Shown here piece by piece: positions 39,457 to 49,568 of a stretch of DNA of 64,000 nt (positions are counted from its first letter, which is position 1; each line of letters starts with the position of its first letter). A program made the translations under genes and the position numbers. The notes under the pieces were generated by a model. The model did no database searches. It worked only from the letters and a program-made list of their open reading frames with translations, and was not told the DNA's origin. Source of the stretch: a virus; the IMG/VR virus record IMGVR_UViG_3300017917_000616, positions 28,603-92,602 of that record; one strand, 5' to 3'.

Positions 39457-42400
39457 CTGTTTGTCCGCCCTGAGCGATAGTAGCTAGTTTTTGTCTTAAT
39501 GTTTCAATTTTTTGTAGACATTCTTTATATGCTTGTTCAGCACTGTCAACTTCTGATTGCGTTGCTTTTCCTTCTTTCTGAGCCGCTTTAACATCAAAAT
39601 ATGTTTTACGCAATTCCCATTGTTTATCGTCAACTAATTTATCTAACTCAGCTTTCACTGTGTCATATTCTTTAACTTGATCCGCAGACAGTGGTTGACT
39701 AGGAATTTTTAAATTACCTAAGTTTAAATTAGGTATTTTAGGGTTACCTAATAAGTCTTTAGACTTGTTAAGTACAGAACTAAAATCAAACGTATTTAAT
39801 GCAGTAGTCGGAGCCTTGACTTCGATTGATCCTGGGCTACCCAATGAACTAATTGCTCCTTTTAATTCGGCGGCGGCTGCTGGTGGCAGTCCAGTACTTG
39901 CTAAGGATAAAAGATTTTTGTCCTTCAGACTATTAGTAATACCCGTTAGTTGCGAACCTAGTCCGTTTACTAAACCGTTAGTAGACCCCATTACTCCTTT
40001 AATGGCTGCTGTTATATTTGAAATGCCAGGAACATTTAATCCTGCTCCAGCCTTGTCAACAATTCCTGTAACAGCTCCTGTACCTCCTGGTATACCGGGT
40101 ATATTTGGAACACCTGGTACGTTTCCAGATTTGAGTTGATCTGTTAATCCTCTAGTTGAATTAGCTATACTAGATCCCGCTGACTCTAATGCTCCTCTTA
40201 AACTTCCCCCTTGTTGAAGACCAAATGCTGAAGTTAGTTTATCATTCAATGACTGATTTCTAGCTGTTTGTGCTGCTAACTCTTCAGGTGTTTGTTCCGA
40301 TGTTTCTTTGTTCGTGTTCTCGGCATTTGTTGTTGCTGATGACGCTTCGGCTTCTGCTTTAGCGACTGTAAGATTTTGTGGTATCTTACCTTTTAGTGCT
40401 TTGAAAGAACTTGTTATCTTTGAGAACGCCCCGGCAGCCATACCTTTTAAATTATCAGTGACATCTACGCCACCCAATGTTCCTAACGCCTTGTCAGCGA
40501 GTGCCGATGCAGAGTTTCCGCTAGCAATAGCTTTGTCAACAGAACCAATTATTGGATTTGTTGCTTTTCCTAAGGCGGCACCTGCGGCTTCTAGTGAATT
40601 TTTTAATGCTCCATTTTTTCCTAATCCCATAGCATTGGTCAATGTAGAGTTCAAGTCCATAGTAGCAGCTCCTATAGGATTACCAATAGCATTTTTAGCA
40701 AAATCTATTGTAGCTCCTAAACCGGCTTGGGCACTACTTAACACCAAACCACCAATTTGTGTTGGACTCTCATTGCCGGTAATTAAACCCGTAGCCTTCA
40801 AACCTTGTTCTGATGATTTTAATAAGTTTATACCAACACCAACTTGAGCAGTGGCAGTTTTGGCCAGTGTGGTTACTGACGTTATACCATCTTTACCTGT
40901 AAACAAGTTAGTAGGTATAGCATCTGTTAAAGATTTACCCTGTGATACGAGCTTATTGATGACCGCATCTGCTCCGGGCTTAATAATTCCAGATTGTACT
41001 AATTGTGTAGGGTTAAAGCCAGGTGTTCCAATAACTGCTATCTTTTCACCTGCTATTTCCGCTACCCCGGCACCTTGTGCTACGATTGCGGCTGCTGGGC
41101 CAGTGGCTGCGTTTACTGCCATTTGAGAAACTAATGTCACGGCTGCCTGAGCATTTATAGTATTTGATACTGCTGTTCCTGATGGTACTGTGGCTGCTAG
41201 ACTAGGGGTTGTAGGATTAATTTTAGCCGGCAATGTGGAATCATTAACTTGTTTTACTCCACTAGAAGGAGCTGCAGGTAAATTAGATTCAGAACTTAAA
41301 TCTGTTTTTACATCGACACCTTGACATGCGCCGGCCCATGGACTATGAGCAGGTGCCCTAGATACTATACTAGCTAATTTACCGGGAGCAGGTGCGTATC
41401 CTTTACCCTCATCTCTTAGTGTATCAGTGTGTGCTGTGACGGGCAACTGCTTAACGTCTTTGGGTACCAAAGAACTCTCGCCGGTATTTAAGTGTACATT
41501 AGGACCACCTTTAAGATAGTTAGTGCCACCGCTTTTAATCATACTATCTCCGTTACTTTGTAACGTCATTCTACTATTAACTTTTAATGTATGATCTCCT
41601 TTTGTCAATTGTTCAAAAGTTGTTCCTACAAATTGTGTAGTTGATTTCAAACTTTCAAGTTTGACATTTTCGGCTGAGATATTTAAATCCTTTTTGGCAT
41701 TGATGTTTATGTTATTGTCAGCATGAAGATTTAAATCTCCCTGCGTTCTGATATTGACAGAGTTCGTAGAGTACATATCGATTGTACCCTCTTTACCCAA
41801 TTCAATATAACTAGACCCATTAGCGTGTATTATGAATAAAGTACCGGCATAGTCGTTCATCATAATCATGTGGCCGCCGGCTGTACGCAATCTCATTAAT
41901 TGGTCACGCCCTTGTACATCACCGTCATCCATTACTAGTGTGTGGCCACCAATTCTACCCACTACTTTGAAATTATTGGCAGGTATACTATTGTCTTTTA
42001 AGGCATCAGCTATAGTTTCACTAGTATAGCCACCTTCATATATAGGTCTACCCGGAGTACTAAAACCAAACACATTACTGGGACTTTCACGTGCGCTACT
42101 ACTTGATATTGTTCCCCTGTCTGGATCACGTAATAGACCTTGGTTGTTTAGTATAGCCGCTTGAAAACTGTGTACTGGTCTAGCTAATTTTTGCGGGGTG
42201 GAACTATTGTCTTGCTTATTGTTAGCGTCATTAAATTCTGTTACCGGTAATCGTGTTGCACCGCCATAACTTTGTGCTTCTGTATCATTCGGAATAATCT
42301 CAGTACTAGACCCTATAGCAGGAATCATGTGAGTTAATCCTTCTAAGGGAATTCCTCCTATGTAATATCCAAAGTTTGGATCTCCGTTAATGAATATACA

Positions 42401-42727
42401 AACTACTTGTGTTCCGATATCCGGAGGTGTCGCCCAAAAGCCATAGCTATTTCTATTACCTACATAATCACCATATGAGTCTGGACTTCCTGTATTAGGA
42501 GTATATCCCATAAAAGGACTCAAATAACTAACAGTAGTCCAGTGGTCGGGGTTGTCGGCATCAGTACTATTCATTCTATCTAGCCATACTTGAATTTTTC
42601 CTGTGCGTAGTGGATCGATATTGTTTTTTACAACACCTATGATAGGGTGTGAATATAGTGTTGCGCCGCCCCTATCATCTTTATAAGCAGACATTGTACC
42701 TGTCTGTTTGACTATGTCCTCTGCCAT
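39452..42727 (-). CDS. Baseplate hub/central spike protein (gp5/VgrG-like OB fold plus beta-helix) with a long Ala/Gly-rich extension
   Basis: GVVKNNIDPLRTGKIQV, PPDIGTQV, GGHTLVMDDG, RTAGGHMIMMND, HANGSSYIE, then beta-helix repeats. Confidence 0.85.
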   Translation of the reverse strand: MAEDIVKQTGTMSAYKDDRGGATLYSHPIIGVVKNNIDPLRTGKIQVWLDRMNSTDADNPDHWTTVSYLSPFMGYTPNTGSPDSYGDYVGNRNSYGFWATPPDIGTQVVCIFINGDPNFGYYIGGIPLEGLTHMIPAIGSSTEIIPNDTEAQSYGGATRLPVTEFNDANNKQDNSSTPQKLARPVHSFQAAILNNQGLLRDPDRGTISSSSARESPSNVFGFSTPGRPIYEGGYTSETIADALKDNSIPANNFKVVGRIGGHTLVMDDGDVQGRDQLMRLRTAGGHMIMMNDYAGTLFIIHANGSSYIELGKEGTIDMYSTNSVNIRTQGDLNLHADNNININAKKDLNISAENVKLESLKSTTQFVGTTFEQLTKGDHTLKVNSRMTLQSNGDSMIKSGGTNYLKGGPNVHLNTGESSLVPKDVKQLPVTAHTDTLRDEGKGYAPAPGKLASIVSRAPAHSPWAGACQGVDVKTDLSSESNLPAAPSSGVKQVNDSTLPAKINPTTPSLAATVPSGTAVSNTINAQAAVTLVSQMAVNAATGPAAAIVAQGAGVAEIAGEKIAVIGTPGFNPTQLVQSGIIKPGADAVINKLVSQGKSLTDAIPTNLFTGKDGITSVTTLAKTATAQVGVGINLLKSSEQGLKATGLITGNESPTQIGGLVLSSAQAGLGATIDFAKNAIGNPIGAATMDLNSTLTNAMGLGKNGALKNSLEAAGAALGKATNPIIGSVDKAIASGNSASALADKALGTLGGVDVTDNLKGMAAGAFSKITSSFKALKGKIPQNLTVAKAEAEASSATTNAENTNKETSEQTPEELAAQTARNQSLNDKLTSAFGLQQGGSLRGALESAGSSIANSTRGLTDQLKSGNVPGVPNIPGIPGGTGAVTGIVDKAGAGLNVPGISNITAAIKGVMGSTNGLVNGLGSQLTGITNSLKDKNLLSLASTGLPPAAAAELKGAISSLGSPGSIEVKAPTTALNTFDFSSVLNKSKDLLGNPKIPNLNLGNLKIPSQPLSADQVKEYDTVKAELDKLVDDKQWELRKTYFDVKAAQKEGKATQSEVDSAEQAYKECLQKIETLRQKLATIAQGGQTA

Positions 42728-42738
42728 TTCAATTCCTT

Positions 42739-45390
42739 TTATTCTCTTGCTGTTTCTTCTGGGGTTTTAGCTGGTGCTGGCGCACTACTACCAGAGTTAT
42801 CATCTTCTGCAGACTGTTGGTTAGTAGGCGTCACGTTAGGTGCCGCTTGTATAGACTGTCTTGCTAATAAATCATCTCTTGCGTTTTGTCCAGGCTGAAT
42901 ACCAGAAGTTTGTCTTGCCAATAAATCATCTCTTGCGTTTTGTCCTGGTTGAATGCCACTAGTTGCGTTTTCTCTAACTTGCTGACTCTTGGTAGTTTGA
43001 ACGTCAGGGAAGCTAGGTAATATAGAACGTAGTTCCTGAGTGAATGTCCCTTTGTTAAACCTACTAGTTACTTTAGTAACCATATATACCATTCTACCTT
43101 TAGTAACTGCTTCTATCGCGGGTGGATATTCCCAAAATTTAATATTGCCATTAGGTGTTAGTAACCCGTCATCATTAAACTTTAATGACCCATCGGGACC
43201 AACACTCGTACCATAATCTTCAACTTGTTTGAAATCGACTTCGATAAAGACTTGGCCAGTGTTAGGATTTATCGCATAATCTTGACCTTGTATTGCTTCC
43301 GTAGCTGTTTGGATAGATCCTGATACCGCGGGCATTATAAAATCTGGATCTCCTAAAATTTTAATTTGTGCTTTTATCTGGTCTCCGGGACTATACAAAA
43401 ATGTCTTTACGTTATTCAATAATTCAAAACTACCAGCACTCTTACCAGTTGGATTGGCGTTTTGAGCCGGCATTGTTTGGTTAGGGGCAACATCGTTATT
43501 ATTTCCATTGGCTGCTTCACTCGTTAAAGAAGCCGCATTAAAATATAATAGGTTGTATTGTTGTTCGTAACTTAAAATTTCTTGATTATCACCTGTATAG
43601 TAATAGTTATAAATTTTACTCGGTCCTGTATAAGAAGTTGATGTTCCACCGGTCGCTATACTTCGTACATATGGTATACTATATTTTTGAACTATATATG
43701 TGATTTCATATGCGTAATCATTTCTTAAATTATCATAACCTAATATTTTGATTTGTGGCACTACGTTATACCATTGTAATGGTACTGGTTGACCGTTAAC
43801 AGTATATTCATCTTCGTTTTCTTTTGTTGGCTCTACCTCTTCACCATCTAATATTTTCATTGACCTTTTTAAATAGGTGCTTTGAGAAATGATTTGATCT
43901 ATAGCCGACATTACAGATTGACCCGGTGGTATCTCAATAACTCTTTTATCTTTAGGTACAGTTTGAGTTTGTTGCGCTGTTCTGACATTGACCTCTGCTG
44001 TATTTTTAACTTGTGCTACTGGTGCTCTGCTTTTAACATAAAAATCTTTATCTACGATAAGAGAACCACCTATGATTGGATCTACAATTTCTACCTTGTA
44101 AACATCAGCGATTTGTTGTTTTCTTTCTTTTTCTGGTTTGTTAGTTAACTCTTGCTGTTGTTTGTTTAATTGGGCACAAAGTCCATATAAACTGTTTTGT
44201 GATAAGGCATTTTCTACAGTGTCTGCTTTGATATTAATTAACGAATTGACAATTCCTCGTTTAGTACCTAATCCTATCTGTTCATTTATCGGTTTAGCTT
44301 GACAATCATAGACTGTATTTTTGTTATCTAGTTTGAATCCCATTTTTGTTATAATTATAGGGAATGCTCTTTCAAACGTAGCACTAGCATCAGTTTTGCT
44401 ATACTTTGTGTCAGGATTATTTACTTTTGAAATTACATTGCCGGCATTGTCATAACCATAAAATCTAATCACAAGTAATAGAGGTGCGTTTAAAGCCTGA
44501 ACTTGTTGCTTCATTTTAGCTTTAATGTTTGTTTTTTGTTGTAGTTCTACTTGTGCTTGTACCAATCTAGAGGGAAATGTCATTCCATATGGTTCAATAA
44601 TTTGAAATTTAAAATCTACGCTGTTAGTAGCTATGCCTGTTTCTTTTCCGTTTATTAATGTGGCTATTTCTAAATTGTCGATATAAAAATCGTAGTTAAA
44701 ATATTTGTTTCTGTTACTATCTACTCCCGAAGTAACACCACTACTTTGTAAAATTAACTCTAAACTACTTGTTACCCATTTACCTTGAGCATAAAAATCG
44801 TTAAAGGCTTCTGGTGTTATGAGATATAAACTTATTCTATATGCTACACTGCTAAACTCACTTAGTGGATTATATAAACGTCTGGATACTAATTGACCAG
44901 ACCTTCCAGTAGCGGTAGAACTGCCATTAGAACTTCCAGTAGAGTTTCCGTTAGCCGAAGGAGTACCGTTATTTGATAAAGAGTCATTAGATGAGGCAGC
45001 GGGAGGTGTTTCACCTTGTCCTTCTGCTACTGTTACAGTTCCGGTCTTAGGCTTAAGTTCGTCTGCTTGTCCCCTATCATCTGAATTTTTATTATCTGCG
45101 CTGTCTGAAGCAGTGTCTGATGGTTTTGGTTGTACTTGGGATTTAAGTGTTTGCGCCTGTTCAGTGATAACATTTATCAAATTGTCAAAAAACGCTCTTT
45201 CTTTATCGTATTGAGTGTTTAATTTTATCTGACTTATTACTACATCAGGACTACCTTGGTATAATAAACGACCAGTTCCACCATTAACAGAAATCGTTAC
45301 TGCGCCAGTAACCGTATCAATTTCTGCCGTAGAAATCCATGGATTATATCCTGGATTGGGTATTTCTCTAGAATTTCCAATCGATGCCAT
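42739..45390 (-). CDS. Baseplate hub protein (gp27-like position)
   Basis: F.IIEPYG, IRFYGYD, ILGDP, Y.V..V.S.F..G.FTQEL; sits between the gp53-like gene and gp5. Confidence 0.6.
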   Translation of the reverse strand: MASIGNSREIPNPGYNPWISTAEIDTVTGAVTISVNGGTGRLLYQGSPDVVISQIKLNTQYDKERAFFDNLINVITEQAQTLKSQVQPKPSDTASDSADNKNSDDRGQADELKPKTGTVTVAEGQGETPPAASSNDSLSNNGTPSANGNSTGSSNGSSTATGRSGQLVSRRLYNPLSEFSSVAYRISLYLITPEAFNDFYAQGKWVTSSLELILQSSGVTSGVDSNRNKYFNYDFYIDNLEIATLINGKETGIATNSVDFKFQIIEPYGMTFPSRLVQAQVELQQKTNIKAKMKQQVQALNAPLLLVIRFYGYDNAGNVISKVNNPDTKYSKTDASATFERAFPIIITKMGFKLDNKNTVYDCQAKPINEQIGLGTKRGIVNSLINIKADTVENALSQNSLYGLCAQLNKQQQELTNKPEKERKQQIADVYKVEIVDPIIGGSLIVDKDFYVKSRAPVAQVKNTAEVNVRTAQQTQTVPKDKRVIEIPPGQSVMSAIDQIISQSTYLKRSMKILDGEEVEPTKENEDEYTVNGQPVPLQWYNVVPQIKILGYDNLRNDYAYEITYIVQKYSIPYVRSIATGGTSTSYTGPSKIYNYYYTGDNQEILSYEQQYNLLYFNAASLTSEAANGNNNDVAPNQTMPAQNANPTGKSAGSFELLNNVKTFLYSPGDQIKAQIKILGDPDFIMPAVSGSIQTATEAIQGQDYAINPNTGQVFIEVDFKQVEDYGTSVGPDGSLKFNDDGLLTPNGNIKFWEYPPAIEAVTKGRMVYMVTKVTSRFNKGTFTQELRSILPSFPDVQTTKSQQVRENATSGIQPGQNARDDLLARQTSGIQPGQNARDDLLARQSIQAAPNVTPTNQQSAEDDNSGSSAPAPAKTPEETARE
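42856..42963 (-). repeat. 2 x 54-bp in-frame tandem repeat encoding TSGIQPGQNARDDLLARQ
   Basis: Units 42910-42963 and 42856-42909; 7 nt differences, all synonymous. Confidence 0.95.
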
Positions 45391-45690
45391 TTAGAATCCT
45401 AATGCTTTTTTCAAAACAGGTAGTTGTGGCAAATAAATTTTTGTTCCCGTAACAAAATCAAACAATGGATCTTTCAATTTGTTTGGGTTTCTTTGAGCGA
45501 ATACCCACCATAATCTACTGTCATTATATAAATCAAATGCTAATAAGTCTGGTCTAAGATTATAAGTTCCTGTAATTTCAAACTCTAAGTCTAACGGATT
45601 CATAGGGATAGGCCTATTCTCCATAATATCTAAAAATTGATTGTTATAAACTTGTGTCAAATAATAAGGGCTTGTTTGAGGATATGCCAT
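45391..45690 (-). CDS. Baseplate wedge gp53-like (LysM-like) protein
   Basis: RPDLLAFDLYNDSRLWWVF...N...G..IYLP. Confidence 0.8.
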   Translation of the reverse strand: MAYPQTSPYYLTQVYNNQFLDIMENRPIPMNPLDLEFEITGTYNLRPDLLAFDLYNDSRLWWVFAQRNPNKLKDPLFDFVTGTKIYLPQLPVLKKALGF

Positions 45691-47477
45691 TACCAGAATC
45701 CTTTCTTCAATAGATCACCTTTTGCGTAATTCTCCAACGAGAATAATGTTGCTGTTTCTCTTCGGGTTACTACTGGTAGGGCTGTTATTGTTATACTTAA
45801 TTTCGTAGGTACATATGTAGCCTGACTGTTACTTAGTCCACTAAAATTCGGAGGCCCGCTAATTGCGCCTTGTGGTATTCTACCCAATCTAGTATTTTTT
45901 AAGAATCCTAATATACCACCTTGATTGGTATTATTTGCCGGCGTTCTATATGCCGCTACATTCTGTCCTGCCCACTGCGTAGTACTACCAGCTCTAATAT
46001 AGTCTACATCGTTTGGAAGATTATATTGAAAATTAGATATTAATAACGGGTGGTCACTGAACTGGTACTGACCATAGCCAAACAAATAACATAATGGAGG
46101 AGGGGTGCCGGCGGCTGGATTTTTGTCTTGTCCATAAAACATTTTAGTAACACTTTTGAAGAAATGTATGACTGCTAATAGATAATTTGCTTCAGTAGTA
46201 TCTTGAGCGGTAAATTCTGCTGTGATACTAATATCGTCTACAGAACTATTCTTGTAAAAGTAATACTTATAATTGCTATGCGTAATATCTGATGGATCGT
46301 AATTAGCTCTATAATTTACATTTATAGTAGGAGTGTAGGGAAAAATTACTCCGCTTGTACCTTTCAAAGGATATAATACATCACCTTCTTTAGCCGCATT
46401 ATATAAGTATGTTGCGCTAGGAGCTAAACTAAGTCTAACTCTCCAATCTTCTTGTTGCCTAATATTCCTCTGTACTGAATTGACTCCACCTGTTCTGGCT
46501 GCGTCTACTGACGAAGCAGTATTATTAGACTCTGGTGGTCTGCTCAATCTCGCTGTTTCTGCGGCACTTTGGTTCTCATCTGTTTGTAGTCCGAAGGTTG
46601 TTCCACCAAAATCTTCGTTTGTTACTGGTGGGGCGTTTTCATAGTCTATTTGTGCCTGTAGCCTAGATTCTTCCTCAAATGCTGCAACTCTTTCGTTTTC
46701 TAGATCAATATCCTCTGGTGTTCTGTTGGCCTGAGCAATAGCATTTAGTTGCTGTTGTCTGTCTACTTCTTCATCTAGTCCAGCAAATTCGTCAAATGGT
46801 TGCTTAGGTTCTTGATTTTCTACAGTTGGTGCGGCTGCGAGCGGGGCCAAGGACTCCCCGACTGGTCGTTGTAGACTTATCGGGGCGGCAACCTGCTCCC
46901 CTTCTGCTAATGAGCTGTCCGTAGTTGGTGATATTCTAGTGTTATCCGCGGATATTGCCGGTGGGGGTTGTTGGCTTGCAGGCTCTGGGCTTTGCGGTAG
47001 TCCACTTGGAGTATTAGTTCCGTCATTAACCGATCGTTCTGCCGCAGTGTATGCCGGGCTCTTTGTAGGTGTAATTGCCGTTAACGTTTCCGGTGGTAGT
47101 CCGGCGGCCCTAATTTTTTGTGCAGCCTCTTCCTGAGTTATGGTAGTATTTGTTCTTAAATCTGTATAAGTACCATCAGCATTACCAATGACTCCGGCTT
47201 GTCTTTTTCCGTTAGTAAGTAATGTTTGTTGATTTATTACTTGAGTTCGTTGAGTCTGGATTAATTCTGGGTTAAAATTAGTAGTTACCGGGGTTCCGTC
47301 GTTAGGATTGGTTGTTGTAATTGTAGTGGGGGTGTTAGTATTAACTGCTTGTACATAGGTATCTAATTGAGCCTGATTTTGAGCATTAACTCTAAAAGTC
47401 TGGCCTTTGCTATTAGTAATAATATACAACCCAGTGTTTTCGTCCACTCTCACGTTGCTTGGTAATCTTAAATCCAT
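45690..47477 (-). CDS. Baseplate/tail-tube initiator-like protein (gp48/gp54-like) with a low-complexity N-terminal half
   Basis: C-terminal GVIFPYTP...ITAEFT...PPP.C.L.GYG...F.Y.LP.DVDY...P...I.I tube-like fold. Start moved to MDLRLP (47477) because a TAAATA box and AGGA lie just upstream; the ORF track starts at 47588. Confidence 0.6.
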   Translation of the reverse strand: MDLRLPSNVRVDENTGLYIITNSKGQTFRVNAQNQAQLDTYVQAVNTNTPTTITTTNPNDGTPVTTNFNPELIQTQRTQVINQQTLLTNGKRQAGVIGNADGTYTDLRTNTTITQEEAAQKIRAAGLPPETLTAITPTKSPAYTAAERSVNDGTNTPSGLPQSPEPASQQPPPAISADNTRISPTTDSSLAEGEQVAAPISLQRPVGESLAPLAAAPTVENQEPKQPFDEFAGLDEEVDRQQQLNAIAQANRTPEDIDLENERVAAFEEESRLQAQIDYENAPPVTNEDFGGTTFGLQTDENQSAAETARLSRPPESNNTASSVDAARTGGVNSVQRNIRQQEDWRVRLSLAPSATYLYNAAKEGDVLYPLKGTSGVIFPYTPTINVNYRANYDPSDITHSNYKYYFYKNSSVDDISITAEFTAQDTTEANYLLAVIHFFKSVTKMFYGQDKNPAAGTPPPLCYLFGYGQYQFSDHPLLISNFQYNLPNDVDYIRAGSTTQWAGQNVAAYRTPANNTNQGGILGFLKNTRLGRIPQGAISGPPNFSGLSNSQATYVPTKLSITITALPVVTRRETATLFSLENYAKGDLLKKGFW

Positions 47478-47496
47478 AGTAATCAATCCTATCTTA

Positions 47497-47511
47497 TATT
47501 TAGCATAAATA
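47497..47511. promoter_or_regulatory. Back-to-back late promoter boxes: GCTAAATA (minus, 47504-47497) and CATAAATA (plus, 47504-47511)
   Basis: Sequence tatttagcataaata at the divergence point between the tail operon and gp55. Confidence 0.6.
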
Positions 47512-47548
47512 TAATGTCGCTTTTTTACCCTTTCCCCCACCAGAACTG

Positions 47549-47577
47549 TTGTAAAACTACAACTATTGTAGTATAAT
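47549..47577 (+). promoter_or_regulatory. Sigma70-like promoter for gp55: TTGTAA-17 nt-TATAAT
   Basis: Perfect -10 and 17-nt spacer; the spacer holds the inverted repeat ACTACAA-cta-TTGTAGT (47556-47572). Confidence 0.7.
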
Positions 47578-47602
47578 AGTGTCATCATTATTACGGAGAA
47601 CT

Positions 47603-48505
47603 ATGAGCATCGCAGTTAAAAAACCAGTAAATTATCTTAATAACAAAGACATTCTCAAAGAAATACATTTAAGCAAAAACGCCTATTGTAGCTATAAAAA
47701 TCCAAATACAGACCATAAGTATGATTTTATAGTAGACATGCCGCAAGAACCTTTAGAGAAGTCTTTTGAATACGCATTAAAGCCCGAGACTATTCAACAG
47801 GCTAAAGAGAATCATGCCGCTAGAATTGATTTAGAAAACGACCTCCCAAAAGGCACTACTGACCCAAATTCTATCCCGGAAACAGATTTAATTTTTAGAG
47901 TGATGACCTGGGAACATATCCCAGTAGCACCCAAACAACCTAGAAAAATAGATAAAAAGAAAACAGCCAAAGACATATTTGAGTTTGAAGATGATTCAGA
48001 ACTTGAACTTGAAGACCTAGAAGATCCTAGCACTAAGGGAGAAGTTGACGACATGGTTCATGTAAAAGTTAACTTTCCTCCTTTTCAGCATTTTAAAATA
48101 GACAAAAATGGTTCTTTCAAATGCGTAGGTAAAAGTCATTGGATCGGCCCCATGAAGTCTGGGCAGTTCAGCAAAGATCACGGAAACATTACTGATAAAT
48201 TGGCTAGGATGTATATTATGATGTGTGAGAAATACGCTATGAAGTTTAACTGGCGTGGGTACACATATAATGATGAAATGCGTAACAGTGCTATTCTTCA
48301 ATTGACATACGTTGGATTACGCTTTAATGAAGCCAAATCACAAAACCCTTTCGCTTATTATACCGCGGCAATTACTAACAGTTTTTGTCGTGTCTTGAAT
48401 TCCGAAAAGAGAAATCAAAACATTCGTGATGATATTTTAGAAATGAATGGGCTAAATCCAAGTTGGACTCGTCAGGGAATTTCGAGTACTGTCTACGAAG
48501 AATGA
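47603..48505 (+). CDS. Late-transcription sigma factor (T4 gp55-like)
   Basis: NYLNNKDIL, NWRGYTYNDEM, FNEAKSQNPFAYYT; upstream of gp47 and gp46 as in T4. ATG at 47603 follows GGAGA; the ORF track starts at 47579. Confidence 0.85.
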   Translation: MSIAVKKPVNYLNNKDILKEIHLSKNAYCSYKNPNTDHKYDFIVDMPQEPLEKSFEYALKPETIQQAKENHAARIDLENDLPKGTTDPNSIPETDLIFRVMTWEHIPVAPKQPRKIDKKKTAKDIFEFEDDSELELEDLEDPSTKGEVDDMVHVKVNFPPFQHFKIDKNGSFKCVGKSHWIGPMKSGQFSKDHGNITDKLARMYIMMCEKYAMKFNWRGYTYNDEMRNSAILQLTYVGLRFNEAKSQNPFAYYTAAITNSFCRVLNSEKRNQNIRDDILEMNGLNPSWTRQGISSTVYEE

Positions 48506-48519
48506 TTTAACCAACAGTA

Positions 48520-48548
48520 TTGATTTAACTTATTTGTTTTAGTAAAAT
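48520..48548 (+). promoter_or_regulatory. Sigma70-like promoter for the gp47 operon: TTGATT-17 nt-TAAAAT
   Basis: 17-nt spacer; the -10 ends 6 nt before the ATG, so the mRNA is probably leaderless. Confidence 0.6.
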
Positions 48549-48554
48549 ATCCGA

Positions 48555-49568
48555 ATGAGTAACCTTTTCAAGAAAGCGGCTGTCTTTACTGATATTCATT
48601 TTGGATTAAAGTCTAACAGCCTACAACATAACGAAGATTGTGCGGGTTTTGTCGATTGGTTTATCCAAGAAGCAAAAAAAGAAAATTGCGAGACTTGTTT
48701 CTTTTTGGGTGACTGGCATCATCATAGGGCCAGCATCAACCTACATACACTTCAATATAGTCTAAAAGCCTTAGAAAAACTAAATGACAACTTTGATGTT
48801 GTGTATTTTATTCCTGGCAATCATGACCTTTACTATCGTGACCGTCGAGACATTCATTCAGTAGAATGGGCTAAACATTTACCTAATGTTCAAATCATTA
48901 ATGATTTTTTCAAACAAGGTGATGTAATCATTGCTCCCTGGTTGGTTCAAGAAGATTACAAGAAAATTCAAAAATTATCCGGAAAGTATCTGTTTGGACA
49001 TTTAGAACTTCCGCACTTTTATATGAATGCTATGGTCGAGATGCCCGATCACGGCGAAATCAACGAACATCATTGTGCCGGGTTTGATAAAGTCTTTAGC
49101 GGACATTTCCATAAACGACAAGCAAGAAAAAATATTTGGTACATCGGTAATGCGTTCCCGCATAACTATGCTGACGCCGGCGATGATGCCCGTGGTATGA
49201 TGATACTAGAATGGGGTCAAGAACCTGTATTCAAATCATGGCCACGACAACCTGTGTTCCGAGTACATAAACTAAGTGATGTATTGGATAATCCAGAAGG
49301 ATTGCTATTGATAGATAGCCATGTTAGAGTTCACTTAGATATTGAAATTAGCTACGAAGAGGCTAACTTCTTACGTGAAACATGGATACCTGAATATAAG
49401 GTTAGAGAAATGACGTTAATACCCATGAAGTCCGAACAAGTTGAACAACAGGGTTCAGAAGGCTTAAAGTTTGAAAGTGTGGATCAAATCGTTATTGACC
49501 AAATCAATGCGATTGAGTCTAACACTTTCGACAAAAAAATATTGCTAGAGATTTATAATAACCTATGA
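48555..49568 (+). CDS. Recombination endonuclease subunit (T4 gp47, Mre11/SbcD-like)
   Basis: Metallophosphoesterase motifs DIH, GDW, GNHD, GH and SGHFH. Confidence 0.92.
   Translation: MSNLFKKAAVFTDIHFGLKSNSLQHNEDCAGFVDWFIQEAKKENCETCFFLGDWHHHRASINLHTLQYSLKALEKLNDNFDVVYFIPGNHDLYYRDRRDIHSVEWAKHLPNVQIINDFFKQGDVIIAPWLVQEDYKKIQKLSGKYLFGHLELPHFYMNAMVEMPDHGEINEHHCAGFDKVFSGHFHKRQARKNIWYIGNAFPHNYADAGDDARGMMILEWGQEPVFKSWPRQPVFRVHKLSDVLDNPEGLLLIDSHVRVHLDIEISYEEANFLRETWIPEYKVREMTLIPMKSEQVEQQGSEGLKFESVDQIVIDQINAIESNTFDKKILLEIYNNL

Noticed and set aside
280-47136. Many short plus-strand ORFs opposite the long minus-strand genes (e.g. 5185..5724, 40308..40847)
   Set aside because: Antisense shadows of real genes caused by codon bias; they have no motifs.
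47478-47602. ORF-track starts at 47588 (minus) and 47579 (plus), which imply overlapping divergent genes
   Set aside because: Downstream ATGs with Shine-Dalgarno-like sites leave a clean promoter-containing gap.
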